Source: a virus
IMG/VR virus record: IMGVR_UViG_3300045988_082442
Coordinates: 96,001-160,000 of that record
Strand: one strand, 5' to 3'
DNA length: 64,000 bases
The notes under the pieces are model-generated. The model made no database searches. It was given only the letters and a program-made list of their open reading frames with translations, and had not been told where the DNA came from. Of this stretch, positions 1-8,533 are shown piece after piece. Position 1 is the first letter of the stretch, and every line of letters begins with the position of its first letter. The translations under genes and the position numbers were made by a program.

Positions 1-44
1 TGGTATGGCTAGATTTTAGACTAGATAAACCAGCTTGGGCATTT

Positions 45-542
45 ATGGATGGAAAGGAAGCACAAATGCTTACTAATAAAGAAAGGGAAGCATTCATTAA
101 TGAGATACCTAAATTCCAAAAAGGTGGTTCATATAGAAAGACACACCCAATAGCACGTTCTGAATCAGATGATATAAGATGTATGATAGAACAGAAAGAA
201 AAAGAGATACGTCAACTAAAGGAAAAATTAAACCAGGAAGAAGATAAACATATAGAAGAGTTGTCAGAGAGATATAAAAAGTATCTTGATAAGAATAAGT
301 TACAAACATTTAACAAGTGCCTAGAGAAACTTAAAAATACTACAGATTATGTATTGTCAAAGGATTGTTTTTATACAAGAATACTTGGAACTGGTGTAAT
401 TATACTAGATAAAACAAACAATATTCCAGTGGGTATTTTACAACAATATAATAATGAATGCTGTGTTGAATTATTAGATGATGACGATATTAAAAGTCTA
501 ATTAGAAATAATCCAAAAATAAGAAATATGTTAGAAGAGTAG
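45..542 (+). CDS. hypothetical protein
   Basis: 165-aa ATG ORF, codirectional with all other genes; no recognisable motif. Confidence 0.45.
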   Translation: MDGKEAQMLTNKEREAFINEIPKFQKGGSYRKTHPIARSESDDIRCMIEQKEKEIRQLKEKLNQEEDKHIEELSERYKKYLDKNKLQTFNKCLEKLKNTTDYVLSKDCFYTRILGTGVIILDKTNNIPVGILQQYNNECCVELLDDDDIKSLIRNNPKIRNMLEE

Positions 543-582
543 TGGATTTCACTACTCTTAAAATTTTCTTAAAATATTTTAT

Positions 583-619
583 AAAAATGCTTGACAGAAT
601 TTAAAACTTATAATACAAT
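583..619 (+). promoter_or_regulatory. class-1 conserved phage promoter copy
   Basis: AAAAATGCTTGACAGAATTTAAAACTTATAA then TACAAT; TTGACA at 591-596, 17-nt spacer, -10-like hexamer 614-619; same cassette recurs at least 10 times. Confidence 0.7.
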
Positions 620-651
620 ATCAGCAGTTAAACAAAGGGAGGATTTATAAA

Positions 652-1017
652 ATGAATACAAAAGTTAATTTAGAAAGAGATTTACAAATAAGAAGAAAGG
701 TAATAGAAAACAGAAGAAAGAAAAAGCAAAAGATGATGTTAAGAAGATTGATATTGAAATTAGTTATTTTTGCATTATTTATGTTAGGAACAGTAACTGT
801 ATTTGCAGATTATACAAGTAATGATATTCCAGTTAATTATGATGGAGAATACTATACATATTCTGTTTCAAAAGGTGATAGACTTTGGGATATAGCTGAG
901 AAATCTTCTGAGAATAGAGATGTAAGAGAAGTTGTATATATCATAGAAAAGGATAATAACTTAAATGATGCAAACTTACATATAGGACAAGAACTAAAAT
1001 TAAGAAATAATTATTAA
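652..1017 (+). CDS. LysM-domain membrane protein
   Basis: RBS GGGAGG upstream; basic N-terminus plus TM (LILKLVIFALFMLGTVTVFA); LysM-like YSVSKGDRLWDIAEK...LHIGQELKL. Confidence 0.65.
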   Translation: MNTKVNLERDLQIRRKVIENRRKKKQKMMLRRLILKLVIFALFMLGTVTVFADYTSNDIPVNYDGEYYTYSVSKGDRLWDIAEKSSENRDVREVVYIIEKDNNLNDANLHIGQELKLRNNY

Positions 1018-1030
1018 GGGGTAGGTTTAT

Positions 1031-2962
1031 ATGATAATATTAGAATATGGAAGTGCAGAGATGCAACAGTTGGAACTTAATAGTATGTTTATCTCATTTC
1101 CAAAGGGAAGCCCTACATTTAATGAAGATAGATTAAAGATAAGTGGCTACTGGAATAGAGTGTATAATGCACAGACACATGAATGGGAAGTTCCATATAA
1201 CGATAAAACATTTAAAGATATTACTGATATGTATGGTATGGATAATATATATTTTAGAAATCCAGACCAAAAGCCAAGTAGACCTAGCATTGAGAAATTG
1301 AATAAGTATTTTGATAACTTTGATTGGGGTACTTACAAGCCATTTCCTTATCAGTTAGAGGGTATTGGTTATGGCTTAACTAAAAAGAACTGGATACTTG
1401 GTGATACTATGGGTTTAGGAAAATCTTTTCAGACAATACAGTTAGCAAGGGTACATAAAAAGAGAAGAGGAATAAAACATTGTTTAGTTATATGTTGTGT
1501 AAACTCATTAAAATATAACTGGGCAAATGAAATCAGTAAGTTTACAGATGAAAGTTCAATAATATTAGGAACAAGACCAGGTAAAACAGAGAAAACAAAG
1601 AATAAATTATATAATATGACAATAGAGGAAACAAAGGAACAAATAAAGAGTTGTCCTAAGGAGTTTTTCTGGATAATAAATGTTGAAAAGATAAGAGCAA
1701 CTAAAAAGGAAGAAAAGGCAGGAGATACCATTGTAGACGCTTTTAATAAACATATAGAAGATGGGCAATTAGGTATGATAATAATAGATGAAATTCACAT
1801 GTGTAGAAACCCACAGGCTCAACAAAGTAATATGCTAATGAATTTAGGTGTAAAGATTACAAGGGAAGTTGGAAGAAATGGAAAGACTATGGAAACTAGA
1901 AGGAACATGAATGTAATTAAGGTTGGTATGTCTGGTACATTAGTTGTAAACAATCCATTGAATTTATATGTACCAATGAAAGTAGTAGGATTAGTAACAT
2001 CTAATTATTGGGTATTTTGTAAAAGATATGTTATAAAGGATATATTTGGAGGTGTTAGTGGATTTCAAAATGTAGGAGAATTACAAGACATATTACATGC
2101 TTCATTTATTAGAAGGACAAAAGAAGAGGTAGCAAAAGATTTACCACCAGTAATATTTAAGGATGAAATACTAGAAATGTCTCCAGAGGAAGAAAAAGTA
2201 TTTAATGAGCTACAGGATGGTGTAAAAGAAGAAATTACAAGTTTAGCAACAGCAGATGATAACACTTTAATACAGACAAAATCATCAGGAAGGATAAATG
2301 ATAAGATTGATATTCCAACAGCAATAACAGCAGTAATAACAAGAATAAGACAGTTTTCAACACATACTGGTTTATTAAGTTCTAAAATACAGAAATCTAC
2401 AAAGTTTGAAAGATTAAGAGATATATTAGAAGAAGCTAGAATGAATGGAGAAAAAGTATTAGTATTTTGTCAGTTTACACAGGCAATAGATATAGCAAAA
2501 GAATATTTTAAAGACTTCAACCCAAAAATTATTGTAGGAGGAATGGGAAGTGAGGTAATGAATGTTGTAGCAGAGCATGAAAATTCAGAAGGGTTTAGTG
2601 TTATATTTGCACAAACACAAACATTAGGTGTTGGACATTCTTTACCAAATACATCTCAGGTTGTATTTCTAACATTATTATGGGATTATGCAACATTTGA
2701 ACAATGCTTTAATAGATGTCATAGAATAACAAGTAAAAGAAGTGTAACAGTAACAAATTTAATTATGAAGGATACTTATGATGAAGTTATATATGATAAG
2801 ATATATGCTAAAAAAGCAATGGGAGATGTTATAATAGATGAAAAGGAAATAGATGCAGCTATGCAGTATTTATCTAAATTAGGAATTGTATTCCAGGCTG
2901 GTGAAATTAAACAAGCAAATACATTACTATTAGATGATATAAGTAATACTATACAACAATAA
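1031..2962 (+). CDS. SNF2-family helicase
   Basis: Motif I LGDTMGLGKSFQTI, DExH-like IIIDEIH, motif III MSGTLVVNNPLNLY, C-terminal helicase domain (VLVFCQF, QTLGVGHSLP, QCFNRCHRI). Confidence 0.85.
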   Translation: MIILEYGSAEMQQLELNSMFISFPKGSPTFNEDRLKISGYWNRVYNAQTHEWEVPYNDKTFKDITDMYGMDNIYFRNPDQKPSRPSIEKLNKYFDNFDWGTYKPFPYQLEGIGYGLTKKNWILGDTMGLGKSFQTIQLARVHKKRRGIKHCLVICCVNSLKYNWANEISKFTDESSIILGTRPGKTEKTKNKLYNMTIEETKEQIKSCPKEFFWIINVEKIRATKKEEKAGDTIVDAFNKHIEDGQLGMIIIDEIHMCRNPQAQQSNMLMNLGVKITREVGRNGKTMETRRNMNVIKVGMSGTLVVNNPLNLYVPMKVVGLVTSNYWVFCKRYVIKDIFGGVSGFQNVGELQDILHASFIRRTKEEVAKDLPPVIFKDEILEMSPEEEKVFNELQDGVKEEITSLATADDNTLIQTKSSGRINDKIDIPTAITAVITRIRQFSTHTGLLSSKIQKSTKFERLRDILEEARMNGEKVLVFCQFTQAIDIAKEYFKDFNPKIIVGGMGSEVMNVVAEHENSEGFSVIFAQTQTLGVGHSLPNTSQVVFLTLLWDYATFEQCFNRCHRITSKRSVTVTNLIMKDTYDEVIYDKIYAKKAMGDVIIDEKEIDAAMQYLSKLGIVFQAGEIKQANTLLLDDISNTIQQ

Positions 2963-3006
2963 AATGTCTTAAAATTGAATCTCATTTGAAATAAGGAGGA
3001 TATATT

Positions 3007-3189
3007 ATGAGTGATTATTCAGAAAAAGGAATTTGTAGCATTTGTGGTAAGGAATATACAAATTGGGGAAATAATGCTTACCCAATAAATGATGGAAGAT
3101 GTTGTAATGATTGTAACACATCAAAAGTTATTCCAGCCAGATTAGGAAAATTATTAAACAAGGAGGAAAACGAAAATGAAAAAATGTAG
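3007..3189 (+). CDS. small zinc-ribbon protein
   Basis: 60 aa; CSICG...CCNDCN; RBS AAGGAGG upstream. Confidence 0.6.
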   Translation: MSDYSEKGICSICGKEYTNWGNNAYPINDGRCCNDCNTSKVIPARLGKLLNKEENENEKM

Positions 3190-3325
3190 TATTTGTGGTG
3201 AATATTTTGAAGAGTTTGGAAATAATGCTTACCCAATAAATGATGGGACATGCTGTGGTAAATGTAACGAAGAAGTAGTTATTCCAGCTAGACTAGAGAA
3301 ATTACTAAACAAGGGGGATAAATAA
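3176..3325 (+). CDS. small zinc-ribbon protein, tandem paralog of 3007..3189 (below the ORF-track size cutoff)
   Basis: Hand-translated MKKCSICGEYFEEFGNNAYPINDGTCCGKCNEEVVIPARLEKLLNKGDK; shares GNNAYPINDG.CC..CN...VIPARL..LLNK with the upstream ORF; RBS AAGGAGG 3161-3167. Confidence 0.6.
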   Translation: MKKCSICGEYFEEFGNNAYPINDGTCCGKCNEEVVIPARLEKLLNKGDK

Positions 3326-3327
3326 CT

Positions 3328-3570
3328 ATGTCAATGCATGTAAACATATATGGTGTACCAGATATTGATAGAGTGAATAAAGCTAAAGAAGCAAGAGATA
3401 TTATGAACAATCTAGGTATTAAGTATCCAAAAGAGCTAGATGATATAATAGAATCTGAGATAAAAATACCAATAACAAAAATAAATTCAGAATGGTCAGA
3501 TGACTATGCAGTAAGTGTGAAAGATATCCCAGATAATGTTTCAGCAATAGTATTTAGTGTTAGTTATTAA
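3328..3570 (+). CDS. hypothetical protein
   Basis: 80-aa ATG ORF, tightly packed after the previous stop. Confidence 0.5.
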   Translation: MSMHVNIYGVPDIDRVNKAKEARDIMNNLGIKYPKELDDIIESEIKIPITKINSEWSDDYAVSVKDIPDNVSAIVFSVSY

Positions 3571-3579
3571 AATGTTTAT

Positions 3580-3629
3580 AAGGATAATTTTACAATCCTT
3601 GCAGGAAACTGCAAACTGTGTAATTTGAT
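3580..3629 (+). ncRNA. CRISPR leader module L1 (two-hairpin element)
   Basis: AAGGAT-aattttaca-ATCCTT then GCAG-gaaa-CTGC then AAACTGTGTAATTTGAT, abutting the first repeat; 7 copies in the window with compensatory changes. Confidence 0.7.
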
Positions 3630-3797
3630 GTTTTATAGCTATGTAAAATGACACAGATGTGAAAGAATCCAACCCAATATAAAGTAGAACAAGGCGTTTT
3701 ATAGCTATGTAAAATGACACAGATGTGAAAGTTCTTTCTAATTTTAATGTCCTTATCATTAGTTTTATAGCTATGTAAAATGACACAGATGTGAAAG
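3630..3797 (+). CRISPR. mini-array 1: 3 repeats, 2 internal spacers of 30 nt
   Basis: Three identical copies of GTTTTATAGCTATGTAAAATGACACAGATGTGAAAG at 3630-3665, 3696-3731 and 3762-3797; spacers AATCCAACCCAATATAAAGTAGAACAAGGC and TTCTTTCTAATTTTAATGTCCTTATCATTA. Confidence 0.9.
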
Positions 3798-3929
3798 ATT
3801 ATGATATGGGAACTATAATGTGGTGTAGTAAGTATAAGGAAGGTCAAGAAGAATTATGCAACAAAGAATGCAGAAAGAGATGGTCTTATGAGTTAAATAT
3901 TTGTAGACCAGATAAGGAGGAATTAGAAA

Positions 3930-4178
3930 ATGGAAAATAGAACAAGTGGTTATGTAAATACAGTATCTAATTACGGTTGGGTTTGTCCAATATGTGGTAG
4001 CGTTTATAGTCCTACAACAGTAGAGTGCTACAAATGTAATAAAAGTATGACATCAAGCAGTACAACCATCGATTGGACTGGACCATCAAAGATTACAACA
4101 ATAAATCAGGATGAGATAGCTAGATATAATAATGATGGTACAAAGCATAAGAGAAGTTTAATAAAAGGGGGAAACTAG
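3930..4178 (+). CDS. small zinc-ribbon protein
   Basis: CPICG...CYKC; RBS AAGGAGG upstream. Confidence 0.55.
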   Translation: MENRTSGYVNTVSNYGWVCPICGSVYSPTTVECYKCNKSMTSSSTTIDWTGPSKITTINQDEIARYNNDGTKHKRSLIKGGN

Positions 4179-4179
4179 A

Positions 4180-4767
4180 ATGAAATCTGGTTCAAATAAT
4201 AAATCTAATATGAGAAGTAATATAAAGTTAGGTTTAATAAGTTTAGGTATAATTTTAGGTGTTATACTATTATTTGCCTGTATATTTGCAGGGACTAACA
4301 ACACAGTAATCAGTCTTGAAGAACAAATAAGTGAGAGTAAATCTAGTATAGGAATACAAGAAAAGAGAAGAGCAGATTTAATATGTAATTTAGTTGACAC
4401 TGTTGAAAGTTATAATAAGCATGAACACAACACTTTAGTAGATGTTGTTGAAGCAAGAAGTAAAGCAAATAATGGTGATTTGGCAGAAGCACAGGTTATT
4501 ATAACAGCATTAGCAGAACAGTACCCAGAATTAAAATCTAATGAAAACTATAAATCATTAATGACTGAGTTATCTGTAACAGAAAACTTAATAGCAGAAT
4601 ATAGAAATAATTATAATACACAGGTAAGACAATATAATAAATATGTAAAAGGATTTCCAAGTAGAATGATTTTAAATATTATGGGTTATGAAAAGATAGA
4701 TGCCACATATTTAGAATATGATGGATATGAAGATGCACCTAAAAATTTATTTAAAAATGAGGATTAG
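4180..4767 (+). CDS. lemA: LemA-family membrane protein
   Basis: N-terminal TM, then the LemA-typical core EEQISESKSSIGIQEKRRADLICNLVDTVESYNKHEHNTLVDVVEARS...YPELKSNENY...EYRNNYN. Confidence 0.8.
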   Translation: MKSGSNNKSNMRSNIKLGLISLGIILGVILLFACIFAGTNNTVISLEEQISESKSSIGIQEKRRADLICNLVDTVESYNKHEHNTLVDVVEARSKANNGDLAEAQVIITALAEQYPELKSNENYKSLMTELSVTENLIAEYRNNYNTQVRQYNKYVKGFPSRMILNIMGYEKIDATYLEYDGYEDAPKNLFKNED

Positions 4768-4770
4768 ACA

Positions 4771-5526
4771 ATGGATAATATTGTAGTTACTAAAAGGGAA
4801 ATCTTAATTACAATTATAATATCTTGTATTTTAATTGGAATAGGGATTTTAATATCTAGTTCAATTAAAAGTAATGTATATGAAGATAATGAGTGTTATT
4901 ATAAGTCATTAAAAATAGATAATGATGAAAATATGTATCAGTATGCACTAAGAACAAATGTTGGATATACATTAGTATCAGGTAAGATAAAAGCTGTAAA
5001 CCCTGTAAGTTCTGAAAGAATAGACGGTCAGTACTATTATATTAGGGAAGAAAAAGAAAGATATACAGAACATTCAAGAAGAGTATCTCATACAAAAACA
5101 GTTCCAGATGGTAAGGGTGGTGTAAAAACAGAAACATATTATACCACAGAATACTACTGGACATGGGATAATATAGACACTAATACATATCACACAGATA
5201 TGTTTAACTTTTTAGGTACTAATTATAATTATGATAAGATAAGGTTTAGTAAAGAAGTATATAAAGATACAGTAAAAGAAAGTTCTAAAATAAGGTATGT
5301 ATATTATGTAACACCAATAGAATTTGATGTAACTTTATTTACATTTATAACAGATAATGATATAACAGATGTACATGTATATTACTCAAAGATACCAGAA
5401 ATTATAGAAAATAAGCAGAAAGCAGGGACAGGTGCAGTAGCAGGTTTTTGGATTGCTTGGGTATTCATTATAGCACTTATAGATTTTGTATATGTAAGTT
5501 TAGAAAATAAATATTTGGAGGGGTAA
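4771..5526 (+). CDS. membrane protein (N- and C-terminal TM)
   Basis: TM segments ILITIIISCILIGIGILISS and AVAGFWIAWVFIIALIDFVYV; starts 4 nt after the lemA stop. Confidence 0.55.
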   Translation: MDNIVVTKREILITIIISCILIGIGILISSSIKSNVYEDNECYYKSLKIDNDENMYQYALRTNVGYTLVSGKIKAVNPVSSERIDGQYYYIREEKERYTEHSRRVSHTKTVPDGKGGVKTETYYTTEYYWTWDNIDTNTYHTDMFNFLGTNYNYDKIRFSKEVYKDTVKESSKIRYVYYVTPIEFDVTLFTFITDNDITDVHVYYSKIPEIIENKQKAGTGAVAGFWIAWVFIIALIDFVYVSLENKYLEG

Positions 5527-5529
5527 ACA

Positions 5530-6048
5530 TTGAGTACAACATATTATATGAGATTAAAAGATAATGGTAAGTTAGACAAAGTAAGATACCTAATATCTAT
5601 CACAGAAAGAATGATAAATTCTATATTAGAAACACAAGCAAGAGAATTGCATAATATAATACAGATAGATTTAGAGGAAGTATTGAATAAAGATGATTTT
5701 AATAAACAATTCTGTAATGCAGCAGATTGGTATGCTAGTTATCCAGATGAACCAGAAGATTATCATTTAAAAAAGGTATTTATGGAAGATATACCTAGTA
5801 TAGAGGTTAATATAGGTACAAATACAGGTAGTGGATTTCATTGGCATTTAAGTAGCTTAAAAGATGGTTATTATGATACAGAAGAAGTGGATACAGGATT
5901 CTGGAAAGATAAGAAATGTTTTAATATGCCAAGAAGTAAAGAACAGTTAGTTTCATTTATGAATACCTATAAAGATAAGGTAGAAATAGTAGATGAATAC
6001 GGAGAAGTATATACAGTAAAACAATTCTTAAAAAAGGTAAATGAGTGA
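5530..6048 (+). CDS. hypothetical protein
   Basis: 172-aa ORF with TTG start after GGAGGGG. Confidence 0.5.
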   Translation: MSTTYYMRLKDNGKLDKVRYLISITERMINSILETQARELHNIIQIDLEEVLNKDDFNKQFCNAADWYASYPDEPEDYHLKKVFMEDIPSIEVNIGTNTGSGFHWHLSSLKDGYYDTEEVDTGFWKDKKCFNMPRSKEQLVSFMNTYKDKVEIVDEYGEVYTVKQFLKKVNE

Positions 6049-6077
6049 TAAATTATCACTCATTTTTAAATCCTTTT

Positions 6078-6092
6078 GTAAAATATTAATGA
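6078..6092 (+). promoter_or_regulatory. class-2 (late-type) motif GTAAAATATTAATGA
   Basis: Exact 15-mer; 9 copies in the window, always intergenic. Confidence 0.55.
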
Positions 6093-6120
6093 AGAGAAAA
6101 AAAATTATATAATTTTTAAG

Positions 6121-6157
6121 AAAAATGCTTGACAGAATTTAAAACTTATAGTAGACT
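6121..6157 (+). promoter_or_regulatory. class-1 conserved phage promoter copy
   Basis: AAAAATGCTTGACAGAATTTAAAACTTATAG then TAGACT. Confidence 0.7.
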
Positions 6158-6192
6158 AAGTATAGTTAAAAATAATTTAGGAGGTTATTATA

Positions 6193-6801
6193 ATGAAAGA
6201 TGAACAAGGAATAATTGATTTAGTAAATAGCTGGTTAGGTGATGACGAAGATATTAGATATAGGGACGCAGATGAAGTAGCATCTGAATATGCAGATACT
6301 ATAATGGCTAGTGAAGATTTAGAAAACTATGGATACACAGACGAAGATAGAGATGAGATATATGACATTGTATCAGAAGCTGTAAATTCATATATGGACG
6401 AAGTATCTGACATATATGCTTTAGCTGAGAACTGGGATGGTAATATGGCTACTGATAAATTAGAAGAGGACGAATGGGAAGAAATATACAATAATGCACC
6501 AGATGTATATATTGAAGCATTACATTCAAGAGAGGAATTTGTAGTAAATAATTTTGAATGGGCATCAATTCCAGACCATGTATGGGAATATATAGAGGAC
6601 TGTGTAAGAGATAATATAGGATTTACAAGCCCAGAACCAGAAGTAGTAATTGATAATATCATAGTTAATGGTTCTTACGGTGATTTTGATGAGTTTAAAG
6701 ATGAAGACCAATCTGACGAAGATTTTATAGCAGAAAGAGAAGAAGAGGGAGATTATATTGATATATTCCCAGAAGATAGATTTATCATATATAGTTTATA
6801 A
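6193..6801 (+). CDS. highly acidic hypothetical protein
   Basis: 202 aa, very rich in D/E; RBS AGGAGG upstream. Confidence 0.55.
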   Translation: MKDEQGIIDLVNSWLGDDEDIRYRDADEVASEYADTIMASEDLENYGYTDEDRDEIYDIVSEAVNSYMDEVSDIYALAENWDGNMATDKLEEDEWEEIYNNAPDVYIEALHSREEFVVNNFEWASIPDHVWEYIEDCVRDNIGFTSPEPEVVIDNIIVNGSYGDFDEFKDEDQSDEDFIAEREEEGDYIDIFPEDRFIIYSL

Positions 6802-6812
6802 AGGAGGATATT

Positions 6813-7004
6813 ATGCCAGATAATTTTGATTTAGAAATGGATGTATCAGAGCATCTATTTAATATCATAAGTAATAATTTTGAGGGTGTAGATTTAAAAT
6901 CTGCATCAGATAAAATAAAAGCATGTATAGATGAGATAATAGGTAATGCTCTAAAAGAAAACTGTAAAACAACAGAAGATTTTACAGATTGGATGATGGG
7001 CTAA
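6813..7004 (+). CDS. hypothetical protein
   Basis: 63-aa ORF, RBS AGGAGG upstream. Confidence 0.5.
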   Translation: MPDNFDLEMDVSEHLFNIISNNFEGVDLKSASDKIKACIDEIIGNALKENCKTTEDFTDWMMG

Positions 7005-7020
7005 TATAAGAATATAATTT

Positions 7021-7050
7021 GAGGAAAGCAATAATGCTTTCCTCTTTTTT
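7021..7050 (+). terminator. intrinsic terminator
   Basis: GAGGAAAGCA-ataa-TGCTTTCCTC followed by TTTTTT. Confidence 0.8.
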
Positions 7051-7062
7051 ATTGTTTTAAAA

Positions 7063-7077
7063 GTAAAATATTAATGA
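7063..7077 (+). promoter_or_regulatory. class-2 (late-type) motif GTAAAATATTAATGA
   Basis: Exact 15-mer upstream of the small ORF and the endolysin/holin genes. Confidence 0.55.
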
Positions 7078-7120
7078 GATACATAAGTGTGTCTACATTT
7101 TCCATGAGGAGGTAGAAAAT

Positions 7121-7273
7121 ATGGAAGATAAAAAGAATTGGCTAGAGCCATCAGAAGTTTTAGAGTATGACCCAGCATTAGGTCAAGTATGTATGGATGA
7201 CCCAGAGAATGATTGGTCAGGAAAAATCAGTGATGGTGTTGGTGTAGATAATGATGAAACACCAGAAGGATAA
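7121..7273 (+). CDS. small acidic hypothetical protein (below the ORF-track cutoff)
   Basis: Hand-translated MEDKKNWLEPSEVLEYDPALGQVCMDDPENDWSGKISDGVGVDNDETPEG; RBS GAGGAGG at 7106-7112. Confidence 0.45.
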   Translation: MEDKKNWLEPSEVLEYDPALGQVCMDDPENDWSGKISDGVGVDNDETPEG

Positions 7274-7335
7274 TTGATAAAGGTTTAAAAATAAAGTTAG
7301 AGGTAGGGAATTTTTATATAAGGAGAGATGATAAT

Positions 7336-8520
7336 ATGGAAATAATACAATTGTTATGCCCATCAGACAAATATTCAATAAAATGCCCATATAGTATGAT
7401 ACCCCAAGGTATTACAATTCATAACACAGCTAATGACGCAAGTGCAAAAAATGAAGTTTCATATATGCTAACAAATAACAATAAAGTATCATATCATTTT
7501 GCAGTAGATGATGTTAGAGCAGTACAAGGTATTCCACTAGATAGAAATGCTTGGCATGCTGGTGATGGAGGAAATGGATTTGGTAATAGATATACAATAG
7601 GAATTGAAATCTGTTATTCAAAATCAGGTGGTGATAGATTCCACGCAGCAGAAAGAAATGGAGCTGAATTAACAGCAAGATTAATGTTACAATATGGATG
7701 GGGTATTTCTACAATTGGAACAAAAGTAGTAAATACACATCAATCAAGAAGTGGTAAATATTGCCCACATAGAACATTAGATGAAGGATTAGAAAGATTC
7801 TGGAATATGGTTAGAGAAAAATATGCTGAATTGTCTGGTCAACCAATACCTACACCAGCACCTACACCATCTGCACCAGCAATAAGTGGTGATTCATATT
7901 TAGTAAGAGTTACAACAGGAGCATTAAATATAAGAGCAGGAGCTGGAACACAATATGATATAACAGGATGTATTAGGGACAGAGGAACATATACAATAGT
8001 AGAAACAAATGGAGATTGGGGAAGATTAAAATCTGGTGCAGGATGGATTTGCTTGAGATATACAAGTAAAGGTTCAGGAAGCACAGCACCATCAACTCCA
8101 ACACAACCAGCAGGACACTATGTTGGTGAAAGTGTTACTATAAATGGTGTATATACATCATCAATGTCAACTAAAAAATTGAACCCAGCAGTAAAAACAG
8201 GAACAATTACTAAAATAGTAAATGGGGCAAATAACCCATATCTATTGAACAATGGTAATATTGGTTGGGTAAATGATTCTTGTATAGTAGGTGGAAATGG
8301 TGGAGGTTCATCCCAACCAGCTACACCAGCAGGATTTAGTAAAGGACAAAGAGTAACATTACTATCATCAGCAACTAGATACTGTACTGGACAAACAATA
8401 CCAGGTTCAGTAAAAGGTAAGACATATACAATAATGCAAGTTGGAAGTGGAAATACACACCCAGACGGAGTATTATTAAAAGAGATTATGTCTTGGGTAT
8501 ATAAGAAAGATGTTAGATAG
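7336..8520 (+). CDS. N-acetylmuramoyl-L-alanine amidase endolysin with SH3b-like cell-wall-binding repeats
   Basis: Amidase_2/PGRP-type motifs GITIHNTAN, SYHFAVDD, AWHAGDG, GIEIC, CPHR; Pro/Thr linkers; SH3b-like YLVRVTTGALNIRAGAGTQY...GDWGRLKSGAGWI. Confidence 0.9.
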   Translation: MEIIQLLCPSDKYSIKCPYSMIPQGITIHNTANDASAKNEVSYMLTNNNKVSYHFAVDDVRAVQGIPLDRNAWHAGDGGNGFGNRYTIGIEICYSKSGGDRFHAAERNGAELTARLMLQYGWGISTIGTKVVNTHQSRSGKYCPHRTLDEGLERFWNMVREKYAELSGQPIPTPAPTPSAPAISGDSYLVRVTTGALNIRAGAGTQYDITGCIRDRGTYTIVETNGDWGRLKSGAGWICLRYTSKGSGSTAPSTPTQPAGHYVGESVTINGVYTSSMSTKKLNPAVKTGTITKIVNGANNPYLLNNGNIGWVNDSCIVGGNGGGSSQPATPAGFSKGQRVTLLSSATRYCTGQTIPGSVKGKTYTIMQVGSGNTHPDGVLLKEIMSWVYKKDVR

Positions 8521-8533
8521 GAGGTAATGATTT

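Noticed and set aside
3601-3629. The leader read as a sigma-A promoter (TTGCAG ... TGTGTAATTT), or as a fused tracr-like anti-repeat. CTGTGTAATTT is complementary to repeat AAATGACACAG with one mismatch, and loop ATTTTACA is complementary to repeat TGTAAAAT.
   Set aside because: The -10 candidates (AATTTG, GTAATT) are poor. The complementarity is short (6-11 nt), AT-rich, and does not co-vary with the repeat subtypes in arrays 2 and 4. It remains a weak possibility only.
3541-3847. Minus-strand ORFs 3541..3786 and 3590..3847. Analogous ORFs lie at 28967..29200, 30021..30272, 30217..30405, 32838..33044 and 49369..49713. All show recurring peptide strings such as FTSVSFYIAIK and FHICVILHSYKT.
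   Set aside because: The internal peptide repeats are simply the CRISPR repeats translated in reverse. They have no RBS, run antisense to the uniformly + strand genome, and their periodicity equals the repeat-spacer period.
3805-3939. A 44-aa ORF (MGTIMWCSKYKEGQEELCNKECRKRW...) starting 8 nt after the last repeat of array 1.
   Set aside because: No Shine-Dalgarno sequence, and it overlaps the start of 3930..4178. It cannot be distinguished from chance, and the region may instead serve as the terminal guide of array 1.
6193-6801. The hyper-acidic 202-aa protein as an ArdA/Ocr-like DNA-mimic anti-restriction protein.
   Set aside because: The idea rests on charge composition alone. No family-specific motif is recognisable by eye, so it is listed only as an acidic hypothetical protein.
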